Positions 39,203-48,396 of a stretch of DNA of 48,502 nucleotides are shown one piece after another (the first letter of the stretch is position 1; each line of letters starts with the position of its first letter). Source of the DNA: Candidatus Thorarchaeota archaeon SMTZ1-45 (lineage in GTDB: Archaea > Asgardarchaeota > Thorarchaeia > Thorarchaeales > Thorarchaeaceae); NCBI GenBank assembly GCA_001563335.1, contig LRSL01000054.1, positions 1-48,502 on the forward strand. Reading direction: 5' to 3'. Position numbers and translations under genes: made by a program. The notes under the pieces are model-generated. The model searched no databases and had not been told where the DNA came from. It was given only the letters and a program-made list of their open reading frames with translations.

Positions 39203-40339
39203 ATGAACATTGGCCTACTTGTAAATCCCATAGCTGGAATGGGTGGTCGTGTCGGTCTAAAGGGCACAGATGGGGTTGTAGAGGAGGCCATCAAGAGAGG
39301 AGCAACTCCGGTTGCTCCAGGTAGGGCTCTTGAGTTCCTTACAGCTTTGGAATCAATCATCATTGCATTGAAGCTCAGGGATCAGATACGTATCATCACA
39401 TGTCCTGGAAAGATGGGTGAGGATGTTGTTCAAGAGGCAGGTCTAAAACATGAGGTGGTGGAGGTTGATATTGAGAACTCCACAAACGCAGAAGACACAA
39501 AGGACTGTGTCTTAGCCCTCTATGAGGATGAGGTCCGGTTACTAGTTTTCGTTGGTGGAGATGGTACTGCCAGAGACATTCTTGATGCTGTGAATGCCTA
39601 TGATCTTGATGACCTTCTTGTTTTAGGAGTTCCATCAGGAGTCAAGATGTACAGTGGGATTTTCGTGGTGAGCCCTGCTGATGCTGCCGAAGTTGTGCGG
39701 CTGGTCTTTGATGGAACAGCACAGACCACAGAGTTTGAGATTATGGATGCTGATGAAAAATCTATCAGAAGGGACCAGTTCATTATCAATCTCTATGGAT
39801 ATCTAAAAGGACCATCAGTTCCTGCTAGGTTTCAGGGAGCTAAGCAGGCAAGTCCAGAAACCTCTGATGAACACGAGGCACAAGAGGCTATTGCCAAGTA
39901 TGTTATCGAACAGATTGACCAAGATGGGACATACATCCTTGGACCTGGTACCACCTTGAAGACATTGACCGATTTGCTCAATGTCAAAAAGACTACCCTT
40001 GGTGTTGATGTATATAAGAAGGGAAAAATGCACCTTGATGTCAATGAGGATAAAATACTAGCACTTGTTGACGATTTCAGCAAAACATGGATCATCGTGT
40101 CCCCTATTGGTCATCAAGGCATGTTGTTTGGAAGAGGAAATCAACAGATTAGTCCTAAAATCATTGACCTTGTTGGTCGGGATCATATCATTGTGATAAG
40201 CACACCTTCAAAACTGAAGGGCATTGCAGATGAAATTCTTCGAGTTGACACAGGTGATAATCAGGTAGACAATATGCTTCGTGGCTATATCAGAGTGGTT
40301 ACTGATTACAATGAGATGCGCTTGATAAAAATCGAGTGA
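39203..40339 (+). CDS. ATP-NAD/AcoX kinase-family protein (COG3199-like)
   Basis: VNPIAGMGGRVGLKGTDG, GGDGTARD, GVPSGVKMYSG, TTLGVD, GRGNQQIS and LRVDTGD. Confidence 0.88.
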   Translation: MNIGLLVNPIAGMGGRVGLKGTDGVVEEAIKRGATPVAPGRALEFLTALESIIIALKLRDQIRIITCPGKMGEDVVQEAGLKHEVVEVDIENSTNAEDTKDCVLALYEDEVRLLVFVGGDGTARDILDAVNAYDLDDLLVLGVPSGVKMYSGIFVVSPADAAEVVRLVFDGTAQTTEFEIMDADEKSIRRDQFIINLYGYLKGPSVPARFQGAKQASPETSDEHEAQEAIAKYVIEQIDQDGTYILGPGTTLKTLTDLLNVKKTTLGVDVYKKGKMHLDVNEDKILALVDDFSKTWIIVSPIGHQGMLFGRGNQQISPKIIDLVGRDHIIVISTPSKLKGIADEILRVDTGDNQVDNMLRGYIRVVTDYNEMRLIKIE

Positions 40340-40489
40340 CTCTGTTGACAACAAAACAGTACATGATATTGCAGTTTTGGACCTATGGATAAAATAAAAA
40401 ACCATCATAAAACTCAAATGATAAAAAGAAGAACTATCACCACTTAATAGAACATCGGGAACCCTATCAGACATTACATAGTTTACTAA

Positions 40490-40501
40490 AACGATATCGT
40501 T
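40490..40501. promoter_or_regulatory. Perfect 12-bp palindrome AACGATATCGTT next to TATA-like TTTACTAA, upstream of the radA-paralogue operon
   Basis: Seen directly in the AT-rich intergenic region about 170 bp before the first operon gene. Confidence 0.3.
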
Positions 40502-40671
40502 CTGTATCCCCAGTTCTCGGAAATTTGAAGATTATTCTTCCCTTCTTTTTTTGTTAGGTGAATACGATTGTCATTGAAGTTCGCACAGGTGGTTCAGTAT
40601 GATGACGTGTTGATTGACATATTGCACATGTTACTAGCTTCGATTGAATTTGACTATGTGATGGAGGCGAT

Positions 40672-41118
40672 GTGATGTACGTTCAAGAGCATTTGACAGG
40701 TGATATGATTGGATTTGAGGAACACCCGGATCCAGCTTGGATTGCTGGAGCAAAATCTGGAATGACCGAAGCACTCTATCGTGCAAGGTCCAGTGGATGG
40801 AGAGAGTTCTTCGATTCTCTTGAAACCCTCTTCAGACATATGATTGAAGTGCCACCAGCAGAGCCAGGCACATCAACACAGAATGGTTCATTGTACGAAA
40901 CCCTTGGCGGGTATGTTAGTGTTGTGGGAACAATGACCTCTGAGGGTCTCACGTTCTCTGTTCCTCCAATTCGTCAACAAGTGGTAGCATCACTCTTCGC
41001 AGGAATGCAACTCTATCGCAATGGGAAGGAATTACTTGTCCCACATTCGGAGCTTGATATATTCAGCAGACTTGTTCCATTAAGAGGTCCCATTGAGCTG
41101 GAGGTGTTCAACAGATGA
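40672..41118 (+). CDS. Hypothetical protein, first gene of operon
   Basis: SD GGAGG at 40663-40667; the stop overlaps the next start (ATGA). Confidence 0.75.
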   Translation: MMYVQEHLTGDMIGFEEHPDPAWIAGAKSGMTEALYRARSSGWREFFDSLETLFRHMIEVPPAEPGTSTQNGSLYETLGGYVSVVGTMTSEGLTFSVPPIRQQVVASLFAGMQLYRNGKELLVPHSELDIFSRLVPLRGPIELEVFNR

Positions 41119-42203
41119 CTGATGTCGAGGCAGTCCCAGGTGTTGGTCCTGCAGCAGCAAAACGTCTACGTGATGCTTTCATCACTACTGCAGAGATTCT
41201 CAGTGTTCAGAACCCAATCGAACTTCAAGAACGAACAAAGCTAGGGGAAGCCACGGTACGAAAGATAATACGAGCAGCTCGTGATACAACTGGCAAGTTT
41301 GGATTCCGATCAGGTATTGAGCTAGAGAAAGAACAAGCAAAGATCCCTCGACTGTCTTTTGGTATTTCCTCAATTGATGAGAAACTAATGGGTGGATTGG
41401 AGGCTGGTTCCATCATAGAATTCTATGGTGGTTTTTCAAGTGGCAAAACGCAGTGGTGCCATCATCTTGCAGTGCGTGCGCAACTCTCAATAGAGAAGGG
41501 CGGACTTGAGGGAAGAGTGCTGTGGCTTGACTCAGAATCATCATTCAAGACCAATATCATCCGTGCGAATGCAATTAGATGGGGTCTTGACCCTGATGTG
41601 GCTCTTGGCAACATTAACGTCGCGCCAATGGCATTGAGTAGTCAGATCGAGGACACCTTTGAGCAGATTCAACTTCTTCTCGCGGAGGGAGAGTTCAAAA
41701 TGCTCGTGATAGACTCTCTTACTGGTCTATTCCGTGCAGAGTATAGGGGTATTGGAACTCTAGCAACAAGGCAACAGACAATCAATGGTATATTGAACAG
41801 TATGAGACGCATGGGGATTGCTACTGAAGCTGTTTTTGCATATACAAATCAAGTCACCACTCAGATATCAAATTACGGAGGAAATGCCTATGCTCCAGCT
41901 GGTGGGCATGTTGTGAGCCATGCATCCGACTATCGATTCTATGCAGGAAAAGGGTCAGAGGGTAAGCGGAAACTAGTTCTAAGAGACAATGCAGGAGTAC
42001 CAGAATTCACAGTTGAGGTGCATATCGGATGGGGTGGATTCTACAAAGAAAAGAGCGAGAAGACAAGTATGGAAAAGATAATCAAAGAAAAGCTTGGGGC
42101 GCAGCTTGGAGCTCCAGAAGAGGATGAGGAATCCTCCAAGAAGAAGACCACTAAGAAGGCAAAGAAGGGCGAAGATGAACAGACGGAGGAACAGGAGGAG
42201 TGA
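41115..42203 (+). CDS. RadA/Rad51-family recombinase paralogue with charged C-terminal tail
   Basis: N-terminal HhH VPGVGPAAAKRL, linker GFRSG, Walker A GGFSSGKT, LDSE, Walker B LVIDS, LFRAEY.G...LATRQQ, TNQV and GGHVVSHAS. Confidence 0.9.
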   Translation: MTDVEAVPGVGPAAAKRLRDAFITTAEILSVQNPIELQERTKLGEATVRKIIRAARDTTGKFGFRSGIELEKEQAKIPRLSFGISSIDEKLMGGLEAGSIIEFYGGFSSGKTQWCHHLAVRAQLSIEKGGLEGRVLWLDSESSFKTNIIRANAIRWGLDPDVALGNINVAPMALSSQIEDTFEQIQLLLAEGEFKMLVIDSLTGLFRAEYRGIGTLATRQQTINGILNSMRRMGIATEAVFAYTNQVTTQISNYGGNAYAPAGGHVVSHASDYRFYAGKGSEGKRKLVLRDNAGVPEFTVEVHIGWGGFYKEKSEKTSMEKIIKEKLGAQLGAPEEDEESSKKKTTKKAKKGEDEQTEEQEE

Positions 42204-42643
42204 GCTCGGAGGGGAAGACATACAGAGTGTTCACATGTCCCAGATGCAACTACACTGGATACAAATTAGTGCATAACCAAGATGATGAATCAACATGCAA
42301 CCTCTGTTCTACGACAATCCGACACTCACCCGATATGAAGTATGCAAGTTCAGTTGATGAAGCACTCAATGCTATGCAGAGGATGGTAGCGAAATCTCAC
42401 CTAAAGTCTAGACCAAAGACAAGGTATGGACTAGGAGTGAAGAAACGCGTATTGAACATTGTTTCTGATCTCAGCGAGCTCAACAGAAGGAGCGGTGTGA
42501 GTCTATGGCGAGTACTTCAGGAGTGTGAAGAAGCCAGTATTGATATCGAGCGTGCTAAGAGGTTTCTTAACCAACTTGAGGAGGAGGGTTTGATAATAAA
42601 CAATGATGGTGAACTCTTGGTTGCGGAGAGTGATGACTGGTGA
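42200..42643 (+). CDS. Zn-ribbon plus C-terminal winged-helix protein (DUF1922/DUF5817-like architecture)
   Basis: YRVFTCPRC...CNLC and C-terminal VLQECEEASIDIERAKRFLNQLEEEGLI. Confidence 0.78.
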   Translation: MSSEGKTYRVFTCPRCNYTGYKLVHNQDDESTCNLCSTTIRHSPDMKYASSVDEALNAMQRMVAKSHLKSRPKTRYGLGVKKRVLNIVSDLSELNRRSGVSLWRVLQECEEASIDIERAKRFLNQLEEEGLIINNDGELLVAESDDW

Positions 42644-43227
42644 CAGTCGTTCTTCCACCAACCCACAGCTCACACGCTTCTGTAATTAATATGACAAACC
42701 TGCTAATGCGCGACACATCACACAGATTAACCACTGTTCCCCTAGCGTATCCTGAACCTGACCCGGAACTGTATGTGATAACAACAATTGCATGGAGAGA
42801 TGCAACTAAGCCAATTCTATCACAGTTGCCCCGACTTCTATCATACCTTGAGGCATTAAGAGGCACACGGGGAGTTCCCTCTGAGGTATATCTTGATAGT
42901 GGAGAGGGAATGGTCGTATATCTATCCTCAGAAACAAGGGTTTCTGAGATTCCCAATTATGCAAAAGAAGCAGTAAAGTTCCTGAAAGATCTTATTGCAC
43001 AGACTCTGTATTTCTACAAAACGACTGTTGAGGATGTTGAGAAGACATTCTGGAGGATTGCTCGTACAAGGGGCTTCAGTCCTGAGATAGTAGAGCGCTT
43101 AACCACAAAGACAGAAGGTTTCAGATCCCCTGCGGCAATTGAGAGTTTTCACATGATTCTACGTTCTTACTTCTCACTTAGGTTCAGGATTCACAGAGCC
43201 GAGAACTGTCTGCATGTGGAGGGTTGA
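42640..43227 (+). CDS. Hypothetical protein
   Basis: 195 aa; GTGA overlap with the upstream stop and overlap with the downstream helicase start. Confidence 0.75.
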   Translation: MTVVLPPTHSSHASVINMTNLLMRDTSHRLTTVPLAYPEPDPELYVITTIAWRDATKPILSQLPRLLSYLEALRGTRGVPSEVYLDSGEGMVVYLSSETRVSEIPNYAKEAVKFLKDLIAQTLYFYKTTVEDVEKTFWRIARTRGFSPEIVERLTTKTEGFRSPAAIESFHMILRSYFSLRFRIHRAENCLHVEG

Positions 43228-45197
43228 CAATGACTACCACAGCTTCAGATCCAATGACATGGTTTCCATATCAGCCCAGACGACATCAAGAGCGTGTCGT
43301 CTATTTTTCAGAGCAGATATTTTCAGAGGGGACTGTTGGTCTTCTATCTGCAGACTGTGGAATTGGGAAGACAATTGCAACTCTTTCTGGATACCTTTCC
43401 TCACGCTATAATGATCCCACTTCACGATTGCTTGTTCTCACTAGGACACATTCCCAATCGAAAGTGTTTGAAGAGGAGCTAACACAGCTGCGAATCCACT
43501 CAGCAGACCACTTGCTCACTGCTACGAGTATGGTTTCACGAAAACATGTCTGCCCGATGAAGTCATTGATGCAAAACCTCTCCACACTCGGATTCATGCG
43601 AGGTTGTGCAGCTCTAGTCCGAATGGGAGAATGCACACGCTACTGGAACTGCTACAAGAGAAATGGGGATGGACGAACAGTACCCCGACAGAAGTTCCTT
43701 GAGAATATTGATGAGATGCTCAATGACCATGTAGTCAGTCGAATCATCGCTGAAGAAACCAGTGACGAACTAGGACAATGTCCCTATGAGGTTCTCAGGT
43801 GGTGCGCCAAGAAGAGTAGGGTTGTTGTTGGTCCATATGACTACATCTTCAGAAGCAGAGTGAGAATGGCTTTACTAGCATCGCTAGGCGCAGAACTTCA
43901 TGAGATAGACATACTCGTTGATGAAGCACACAATCTCTCCTCGCATGTTCTTGAGGCTGAGGCTGCAGAACTTCGTGGCTCGGACCTGACATGGCTTAGG
44001 GACCATAAGCGGGATATTGTGAATGAAACCAAAGTCCAGTGGCTTGAAGAAACTGTAGACTTCCTCTGGGAAACCACCATGGTAAATCTCGACACACTTA
44101 GAGGTGAGCATCGTCTTGACAAATGGGATGCTTACCCACGTTTCGCAGCACATGGGGATCTTGACAGACTCATTGAGTATAGTACCCCTATGGAGGGTGT
44201 TGATGATTCAGTCCCGATGGACACACCAGTAGACAAGCTAGTTTCTTTCCTATATGCAGGAAAGAGAGCTACTGAGAGTGATGACTGGTTAGTCACAATC
44301 GAGCTTTCCTCAGGATGGGAGGAGCATTTTAGCAAAGACCTCTCTCGAGTTGCTCTTAAGATTAGACCTCTGAATGCTGCTGGACTTGTTGCACAGATAC
44401 TCCGGTCTGCACGATCTGCGTTTCTTATGTCTGGTACATTACGACCATTATCACACTATAAACGGATACTGGGAATTGGAAGCGCTAAGGGGGAGGAGCT
44501 GTCAAGTCCTTATCCACGAGGAACACGCTTGATCCTAGTGGACAAAGAAATATCAACGAGCTACAAGACCCGAAACCCAAACCTGTGGAGGGCGATTGGA
44601 GAACGAATAGAGTTAGTCCTGAAAACAGTTCCTGCTAACAAGAGTGCTATGATTGCTTTCCCCAGCTATGCAATTATGCAGGATGTGCTGAGCTTCGGTA
44701 TAGACTCAGGCTTCAGGGAGCAATTGGTGGAGGACAGAACCATAAAGATTGAGGAAGCTAAGAGTGCACTTGCTGCAAGACCTCATGCATTGTTCTGTGT
44801 GTATGGAGGTAAGGTAAGTGAAGGAGTGGACCTTGTCGATACAGGATCAAGCATGGTTGACATCATCATAGGTGTGGGACTTCCTTTCAGTCCACCAACA
44901 AGCCATCAGAAGGCTCTGCAGGACTTCTATGATAGACGTTATGGACCTGGTTCTGGTTTCTATTACGCAGTGGTGGTCCCATCAATACGTAAAGTGGCAC
45001 AAATGGCTGGAAGACTCAGGAGGTCTCCCGAGGACCGGGGAGTCATTGTGTTGTTGGACAAGCGATTCATGAAACATATCGATGTGTTTGGTGAAGATAC
45101 AGCTGCAGACCTGTGGCCATACAGAGATGTTGATGAGCTAAAGGAGGCAATTGAGATGTTTGTGAAAGGAGGAGCATTTGGTGAAAAACTATCGTGA
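43224..45197 (+). CDS. XPD/Rad3/DinG-family Fe-S 5'-3' DNA helicase
   Basis: Q motif FPYQPRRHQ, Walker A variant ADCGIGKT, RTHSQ, four Fe-S Cys (VCP, GC, EC, CPYE), DEAHNL, MSGTLRP, FPSY, GKVSEGVD, GLPF and QMAGRLRRSPEDRG...LDKRF. Confidence 0.92.
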   Translation: MTMTTTASDPMTWFPYQPRRHQERVVYFSEQIFSEGTVGLLSADCGIGKTIATLSGYLSSRYNDPTSRLLVLTRTHSQSKVFEEELTQLRIHSADHLLTATSMVSRKHVCPMKSLMQNLSTLGFMRGCAALVRMGECTRYWNCYKRNGDGRTVPRQKFLENIDEMLNDHVVSRIIAEETSDELGQCPYEVLRWCAKKSRVVVGPYDYIFRSRVRMALLASLGAELHEIDILVDEAHNLSSHVLEAEAAELRGSDLTWLRDHKRDIVNETKVQWLEETVDFLWETTMVNLDTLRGEHRLDKWDAYPRFAAHGDLDRLIEYSTPMEGVDDSVPMDTPVDKLVSFLYAGKRATESDDWLVTIELSSGWEEHFSKDLSRVALKIRPLNAAGLVAQILRSARSAFLMSGTLRPLSHYKRILGIGSAKGEELSSPYPRGTRLILVDKEISTSYKTRNPNLWRAIGERIELVLKTVPANKSAMIAFPSYAIMQDVLSFGIDSGFREQLVEDRTIKIEEAKSALAARPHALFCVYGGKVSEGVDLVDTGSSMVDIIIGVGLPFSPPTSHQKALQDFYDRRYGPGSGFYYAVVVPSIRKVAQMAGRLRRSPEDRGVIVLLDKRFMKHIDVFGEDTAADLWPYRDVDELKEAIEMFVKGGAFGEKLS

Positions 45198-45774
45198 TAT
45201 TGAGTGGATAAAATGGGTAATACCTGCAGCTGTAATTGTTACATGGGTCACTCGAATCCTAATAGAACCTATAGAAGACATAATACTTGAGTCTGCTTTA
45301 GGGATTGGATTGATGGCTTTAGTAATCCTAACTTACGTTCTTTGGCGAAGACCGATTGTAATGATATGGGATGAAGCTACGGGAATCATGGCAATCCTAC
45401 GCACATGGACTATAGAGGTACAAGCGGGGTGTCTTCTGTCAAGTGTCCCACTGGGTATCGATGTGTCACTTTCTGCTAATAGAGTCCTAAAAGCGATGAG
45501 TGAGAGGTTCTCGAAGGAGAATCTATGTGAACTTAGATTCTTTGTCTGTCGGCCTCTTGCGAATAGCTCCACGCTTGTGGGGATGCAGGTTGTCAGGAGG
45601 TCTCTCAGACTAATGAATGGAGTAGGAGTTGTTCAGAAACTCTCAGAAAAGGTGCATGATGATGTCACCATATTGGAAAGTGCTTTGCATTCCTCCTATC
45701 CACACACACCAGTTGACCGCGCAGGACTCTATGAGATGCAACTTGTGAATAGTGGAGGAATAGTCGGTGGATAA
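45178..45774 (+). CDS. Hypothetical membrane-anchored protein (2 N-terminal TMs plus soluble alpha/beta domain)
   Basis: WVIPAAVIVTWVTRIL and ALGIGLMALVILTYVLW helices; SD GGAGGAG upstream. Confidence 0.72.
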   Translation: MVKNYRDIEWIKWVIPAAVIVTWVTRILIEPIEDIILESALGIGLMALVILTYVLWRRPIVMIWDEATGIMAILRTWTIEVQAGCLLSSVPLGIDVSLSANRVLKAMSERFSKENLCELRFFVCRPLANSSTLVGMQVVRRSLRLMNGVGVVQKLSEKVHDDVTILESALHSSYPHTPVDRAGLYEMQLVNSGGIVGG

Positions 45775-46045
45775 CGAGGTCTCATTAGACATTCCAAAGG
45801 GAGTTAAAGCCAGCTCAGTGATGGAATTCCTAGGGAGGGGTCATGGATATACCTGGTGGACTGTATCAAGAGAACCTGTGTATATGGTTCTTGGTCATCC
45901 CTCTAAGAGCGATCACCCTGAGGTTGTCATACTGAAAGACTCACTCGTAGTCCACACCTCCAGTGAGAATATGCTGATGAGAATGGAAACAATGCTTGAT
46001 GTGCTGGCACGTCAAGTCAAGAGTGGAACGAGAGGTGGAGTCTAG
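45767..46045 (+). CDS. Small hypothetical protein
   Basis: 92 aa with a GTG start after GGAGG; overlaps both neighbours. Confidence 0.65.
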   Translation: MDNEVSLDIPKGVKASSVMEFLGRGHGYTWWTVSREPVYMVLGHPSKSDHPEVVILKDSLVVHTSSENMLMRMETMLDVLARQVKSGTRGGV

Positions 46046-48396
46046 TGGCAAGGAAAAGAGGGAACATCATGGGCTCCAAACCTGCACAAGACCCAATGGA
46101 TCAACTAGAGAGTGCACGCATGAGCATAACCACAGACACTCAAATCCGATGGGATGACCGATCTGTGAAGCCATCATGGGACTATATCTTTTGGCTCTCG
46201 CTTCTTGTAATGGCCTGTGTTTTGTGGTTTCCTTATTTGACAATCATCACAACTAGCATAGTACTAGCAATCATGCTCTTTCTACCATCAATCCAGAGGT
46301 ATCTCGAACTTCGCACCTTGAGTGATATTGATTGGTATGAGGTCCCTCAACCGGATGTGGATTTTGAAAAGAAGGAGAAGTCGCTTCTAAGTCAGGGTGC
46401 AGGTGATGAGAAGCACATCATTGCATTGAACATGAAGAAAGCACAATCCAACCTTCAGGGTGACTTGGGAAAGCTACTGAGAGGTCTTGACACATCACAC
46501 GGTTTCTTGTTGCTAGTGGATCTATTTCCAATAGAATCAAGTCACATTGTAAAGGATGGTGTGGTAACAGGTCCTATCGAGCGCTATCTTGATTATCTCT
46601 CATCATCTCAAAGGAAGGCTTACTTCCACAAAAGAGGCGGTGTTTGGCAGTCACAGCTATACTTTGTAGGACACTCTCGTACAGATCTTGAAGCCAGACT
46701 CATCGAGGGACAGTTTAAGGGAAGTGTTCCAGATGGAGGGCTCAAGAGGATAAAAGAAGAAGACCTCAGTCACAGACTAAAGCAGTGGGACCTGTGTGGT
46801 GGGTTTCCCTCCTTCTTTGCCACTGGAGATGAACTCTCAAATTGGCTTGTTCAGTTACCAAGTGAGCTTGGTCCCGAGGTAGGCAGTAATGTTCCAGGTG
46901 AATTTATTGCTCCAATCCGCAGTCGATCAGACGATTACCCACTGGGTGTAGTTGTGAACCCGGAAACACTCAAGACTGGTCCTTCTGTAGGACTCATGCA
47001 CTCAGACCTTGAACGGGGACTGCTTCTCTGTGGGGGTGATTGGAGGGATAGAAAACATGTTCTCAGCGTCTTGATAGACCATATTCTAGCTAAAGGGAAA
47101 CGGATCTTACTTGTTACTGTGAATGAGGACATGCTAGGACTAGCTGGTCTCAGACCAGAAGGTATGGTTTTAACCCTAGGTAAAGACCTCGTTCTGAATC
47201 CTGTAGATTCTGATGGGATACCAAGAGCTAAGTTTGTTTCTGAGCTACTCCTTTCTTTAGAAACCATTGCAGGAACGAACCTAAGCCCCGCGGCGGACTT
47301 TGAGATAGCACTAAGCAGAGTTGTATCGTTGGGGAATGGTACACTTGCTGATATTGTGATAGACTCGGAACATGAGGCGCTACAAGATGGTTCTACAACA
47401 CAACAGTCTATTCGAATATCAAAAGCCTCTGCTCTTGCTCTTGATGCCATAAAGCGATTACATCAGGGCTCTGGAGCAAAAGCATTCTACGGTACTCAAA
47501 CAGTATCTATGAATAGACTCACATCGCAAAGCCTTGCAGTTGTATTGTTGACAATTGGTGCATTTGACCTTGACATGTTTGCCATGGATCTCATGAGTTT
47601 GAAGTTGTCTGGGCTGCCGCCAGACCCAAATCTCGTAATCATTATCGATACTCCTGAACATCTGAATGTTGCAAAAACTGCTTTCAGATACACCAAAAGA
47701 GGCATCCTGTCAGAGCGTATAGCAAGAGCGTTTGTTAAGAGAGGTCCTCTCGTGCTAAGCACCAAGAATCCCTCAGCTTTGGAGTGGGACACCTCAGACG
47801 TACTAGGGTCATGTATCGCTTTAAGAATGAGGGAGTCTGCAGATATAGCGAATATCTCTGATATTCTGTCATTGAATGTTGTCAGTGGTGGAATACACAG
47901 TAAGGCAAGGCAGTCTTCCCGGGAGAGTTCATTCCTGAGAGTGATGGATCGAGGATATGCTCTCATGACCCATGAGCAGGCAAAGACTTGCATGCCCATC
48001 AAGATAGCACCCCCTCCTGAATTAAGGACAGTATCCAATGAGGGGGTAGACCTGCTAACTAGGTCTGAATCGCTTGGAGATGCATATTTAGAATCGTCAG
48101 ATAGACCTACTACACTCATAGAACAAATAGGTGGACGAGACAGTGAAGCTGTGAAGGAAGTACTTAGACTTCTAACACGATATGAACCCCTTACAGAAGA
48201 GTCGGTGAAGCGTTTCCTAATTGCCAAAGGGGGTGCAGATGTTGATGTTGAAGCCATTCTTTCAAGACTCGAGAATGCCAGTATGATCCTAAGAGGTCAC
48301 GAGATTCACACTGGAGTGTCCTACAAAAACTACCGGATTACTATGAAGGGGAGTATGGCACTAAGAAATGCAGAGGTGGTGAGTTCCGAAGGATGA
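46045..48396 (+). CDS. Membrane-anchored HerA/VirB4-like protein with degenerate Walker motifs and C-terminal winged helix
   Basis: N-terminal TM hairpin. DLERGLLLCGGDWRDRK occupies the Walker A position, with LVLNP, LVIIIDTPEH at Walker B and LVLSTKNPSAL...CIALRM. C-terminal LLTRYEPLTEE...LSRLENASMI...YRITMKG. Confidence 0.7.
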   Translation: MARKRGNIMGSKPAQDPMDQLESARMSITTDTQIRWDDRSVKPSWDYIFWLSLLVMACVLWFPYLTIITTSIVLAIMLFLPSIQRYLELRTLSDIDWYEVPQPDVDFEKKEKSLLSQGAGDEKHIIALNMKKAQSNLQGDLGKLLRGLDTSHGFLLLVDLFPIESSHIVKDGVVTGPIERYLDYLSSSQRKAYFHKRGGVWQSQLYFVGHSRTDLEARLIEGQFKGSVPDGGLKRIKEEDLSHRLKQWDLCGGFPSFFATGDELSNWLVQLPSELGPEVGSNVPGEFIAPIRSRSDDYPLGVVVNPETLKTGPSVGLMHSDLERGLLLCGGDWRDRKHVLSVLIDHILAKGKRILLVTVNEDMLGLAGLRPEGMVLTLGKDLVLNPVDSDGIPRAKFVSELLLSLETIAGTNLSPAADFEIALSRVVSLGNGTLADIVIDSEHEALQDGSTTQQSIRISKASALALDAIKRLHQGSGAKAFYGTQTVSMNRLTSQSLAVVLLTIGAFDLDMFAMDLMSLKLSGLPPDPNLVIIIDTPEHLNVAKTAFRYTKRGILSERIARAFVKRGPLVLSTKNPSALEWDTSDVLGSCIALRMRESADIANISDILSLNVVSGGIHSKARQSSRESSFLRVMDRGYALMTHEQAKTCMPIKIAPPPELRTVSNEGVDLLTRSESLGDAYLESSDRPTTLIEQIGGRDSEAVKEVLRLLTRYEPLTEESVKRFLIAKGGADVDVEAILSRLENASMILRGHEIHTGVSYKNYRITMKGSMALRNAEVVSSEG

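Noticed and set aside
40208-40474. 88-aa minus-strand ORF in the AT-rich gap
   Set aside because: It overlaps the kinase 3' end and derives from low-complexity A/T tracts; likely spurious.
41115-42203. Intein in the RadA paralogue, or KaiC identity
   Set aside because: The length is normal with no intein motifs. The HhH domain and RadA L1/L2 motifs exclude KaiC.
43224-45197. DinG-like helicase as part of a type IV CRISPR or known defence system
   Set aside because: No cas genes, array, nuclease, Sir2 or toxin domains were recognised nearby; the context is recombination and membrane genes.
46935-48257. Long antisense ORFs (171 aa and 253 aa) and the many similar shadow ORFs across the window
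   Set aside because: They are Ser/Arg-rich antisense shadows of well-supported genes with no motifs of their own.
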